Assembly: GCA_016186485.1 (NCBI GenBank)
Contig: JACPLN010000005.1
Coordinates: forward strand, 41,256-105,255
Length of the DNA: 64,000 nucleotides
Direction: 5' to 3'
DNA from: Candidatus Nealsonbacteria bacterium
GTDB taxonomy: Bacteria; Patescibacteriota; Minisyncoccia; Minisyncoccales; UBA6532
In this document: piece after piece, positions 62,260-64,000 of the stretch
Layout of the letters: every line of letters begins with the position of its first letter
Position numbering within the stretch: the first letter of the stretch is position 1
Position numbers and translations under genes: made by a program
The notes under the pieces: model-generated
What the model was told of the DNA's origin: nothing
What the model saw: only the letters and a program-made list of their open reading frames with translations
Databases searched by the model: none

Positions 62260-63498
62260 ATGAAAGAAATTGTAGTTCAAAAGTACGGGGGAAGTTCAAT
62301 AGCTTCTCTTGTGAGAATAGAAAAAGTCGCCGGATATATTAAAAAGATTGCGGAATCAAAAAACGTCGTAGTGGTGGTTTCCGCGATGGGAGACGAAACC
62401 GACCGGTTAAAAACATTGGCAAAGGAAATATCAAGCAATCCAGATCCAGCTGAACTAGACAAGCTTATTTCCACCGGAGAAAACCAGAGCGCGGCTTTGC
62501 TGACAATGGCTCTTTTGAAACTGGGGCAGAAAGCGGTTTCTCTTTCCGGATTCCACATTGGCCTGACTACTGACTTTAATCATGGAAACGCCAGGGTGAA
62601 AGAAATTCAGAATATCGGGCGCATTCAAAAATTGCTTGAACAGAACAAGGTAGTGGTGATCGCCGGCTTCCAGGGAGTTGTTGATGGTTCAGACGAGCTG
62701 GTGACCCTGGGGAGAGGGGGATCGGATCTGACCGCCATTGCTCTTTCTGCCGCTTTGAAAACAGGAGAGTGCGAGATTTACACCGATGTTGACGGAGTCT
62801 ATGCCATTGATCCTAGAATTATTCCCCAAGCCAAGAGGTACGAACGAATTACCTACAGCCAAATGATACAGTTGGCGGGAGCCGGAAGCGGCGTTTTAAT
62901 GGCCAGATCTGTGATACTCGCCCAAAATTTAGGGGTAAGGATAAAAACTCTTTTGAGTCCCAGTATTGGAGAAAGCAGCGGAGGGACATTGGTATATTCC
63001 GGGAGCAGCCTTCAAGAGATGGAGAGAGGTTTTTCCGATCTGCCCGGCATAGCGGTTCAAAACAATCTTAGGCTGATAAAGATATCAAATATTCCGAATA
63101 AACCAGGCGCACTGGCTGAGATTTTGAAACCAATTTCAGGCATTAATATCCTTCAGAGCGTCCAAGGCGGCGGAGAAGAAAAAGCAGACGTTTCATTTCT
63201 TTACCAAAAAGAAGATTTAACCGAAGTTATCCCTAAATTGAATGAATTAAGAAAAAAAGGCATAAAGGTGGAGTCGGACAAGGAAGTGGTGGAGTTGACC
63301 TTGGTGGATCCAACCGCAAAAGACAGACCCGGTTACTTTTACCGAATTTCTAAAGCTTTGGCAAAAGCAGGAATTAATATTGAAATGTTTGCCGCGGCCG
63401 GAGTAGAAATGATGGTGGTAATAAGGCAAGAAGACCTTCATAACGCAGCCAAAACCCTGGCAGAAGAGTTCAAATCACTAGAAAGCTCTATTTGTTAG
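62260..63498 (+). CDS. lysC: Aspartate kinase with C-terminal ACT domains
   Basis: VQKYGGSS, VVVSAMG, GRGGSD motifs. Confidence 0.9.
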   Translation: MKEIVVQKYGGSSIASLVRIEKVAGYIKKIAESKNVVVVVSAMGDETDRLKTLAKEISSNPDPAELDKLISTGENQSAALLTMALLKLGQKAVSLSGFHIGLTTDFNHGNARVKEIQNIGRIQKLLEQNKVVVIAGFQGVVDGSDELVTLGRGGSDLTAIALSAALKTGECEIYTDVDGVYAIDPRIIPQAKRYERITYSQMIQLAGAGSGVLMARSVILAQNLGVRIKTLLSPSIGESSGGTLVYSGSSLQEMERGFSDLPGIAVQNNLRLIKISNIPNKPGALAEILKPISGINILQSVQGGGEEKADVSFLYQKEDLTEVIPKLNELRKKGIKVESDKEVVELTLVDPTAKDRPGYFYRISKALAKAGINIEMFAAAGVEMMVVIRQEDLHNAAKTLAEEFKSLESSIC

Positions 63499-63562
63499 GG
63501 CTTTTTTATTCACATGCCCTATTTGATTTTAGCGGTTTTTTGAGGTAAAATATAACAATATC

Positions 63563-64000
63563 ATGGAGTTGAAAACAATTAAAAATAAGGCTCAAAAAGA
63601 GATAGAAAAAGCAGGGGATTTGAAGAGTTTAGACCAAGTTTTTAAGAATTACCTTGGGAAAAAGGGAAAGCTTACTTTGGTTTTAAAATCTTTGGCTGGC
63701 TTGTCAAAACAAAAGCGAGCGAAAACCGGACAGAAAGCAAACGAAATCAAAAAGTTTTTGATGGCTAAGTTTGATCAAAAAGCCCAGCATCTAAAGAGGC
63801 TGGCTGAAGAAGCCCAAGGGCGAGAAAGGGCGATTGACGTTACCAGGCCGGGGAAAAAGCCCCAGTTCGGGCATTTGCATCCTTTGACGCAGGTCCAGAA
63901 AAGGGCAGAGGGTATTTTCCAAAATATGGGTTTTTCCGTGGTTGAGGGCCCGGAAATAGAAGACGAGTGGCATAATTTTGATGCCTTGAATATACCCAAA
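63563..64000 (+). CDS. pheS: Phenylalanyl-tRNA synthetase alpha subunit, 3' end outside window
   Basis: Not in the ORF track (no stop in window); ATG at 63563, frame open to 64000; N-terminal coiled-coil, FGHLHPLTQV and NFDALNIP motifs. Confidence 0.85.
   Translation, partial: MELKTIKNKAQKEIEKAGDLKSLDQVFKNYLGKKGKLTLVLKSLAGLSKQKRAKTGQKANEIKKFLMAKFDQKAQHLKRLAEEAQGRERAIDVTRPGKKPQFGHLHPLTQVQKRAEGIFQNMGFSVVEGPEIEDEWHNFDALNIPK

Overview
64-kb, gene-dense, low-GC bacterial chromosomal segment using the standard genetic code (TGA is used as a stop). The mix of a short Mfd, a core-only FtsZ, a minimal ProRS, tRNAs mostly without encoded CCA and many small membrane proteins suggests a streamlined Patescibacteria/CPR-like lineage; this is inference only. 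Most of the window is housekeeping: recG, leuS, glmS, parAB, rel, topA, mfd, pth, lepB, hisS, rpsU-yqeY-ybeY-ftsA-ftsZ, comEC, murA, two mreB, holB, frr, rseP, proS, gatCA, lysC, pheS and five tRNAs. Items worth a second look: (1) G-poor heptamer micro-repeats (AAATCTC-like) inserted in frame, always in sense orientation, inside at least seven otherwise conserved genes. (2) Two copies of a ~140-bp hairpin-forming MITE-like element, each flanked by TATG and each ending exactly at the ATG of the downstream gene. (3) A visibly more GC-rich three-gene cassette of unknown function, plus a 28-codon ORF, between htrA and murA, with its own promoters and terminators. (4) A probably leaderless single-gene HTH-GHKL ATPase-STAS(DUF4325) module with direct repeats over its promoter. 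(5) A yeaH-spoVR-prkA triad in an unusual order. (6) A promoter-to-terminator ~105-nt candidate small RNA divergent from a tRNA-Arg whose CCA end overlaps the recG start codon. (7) An initiator tRNA with atypical D- and T-loops. All homology calls rest on motifs I recognised by eye; no searches were run.
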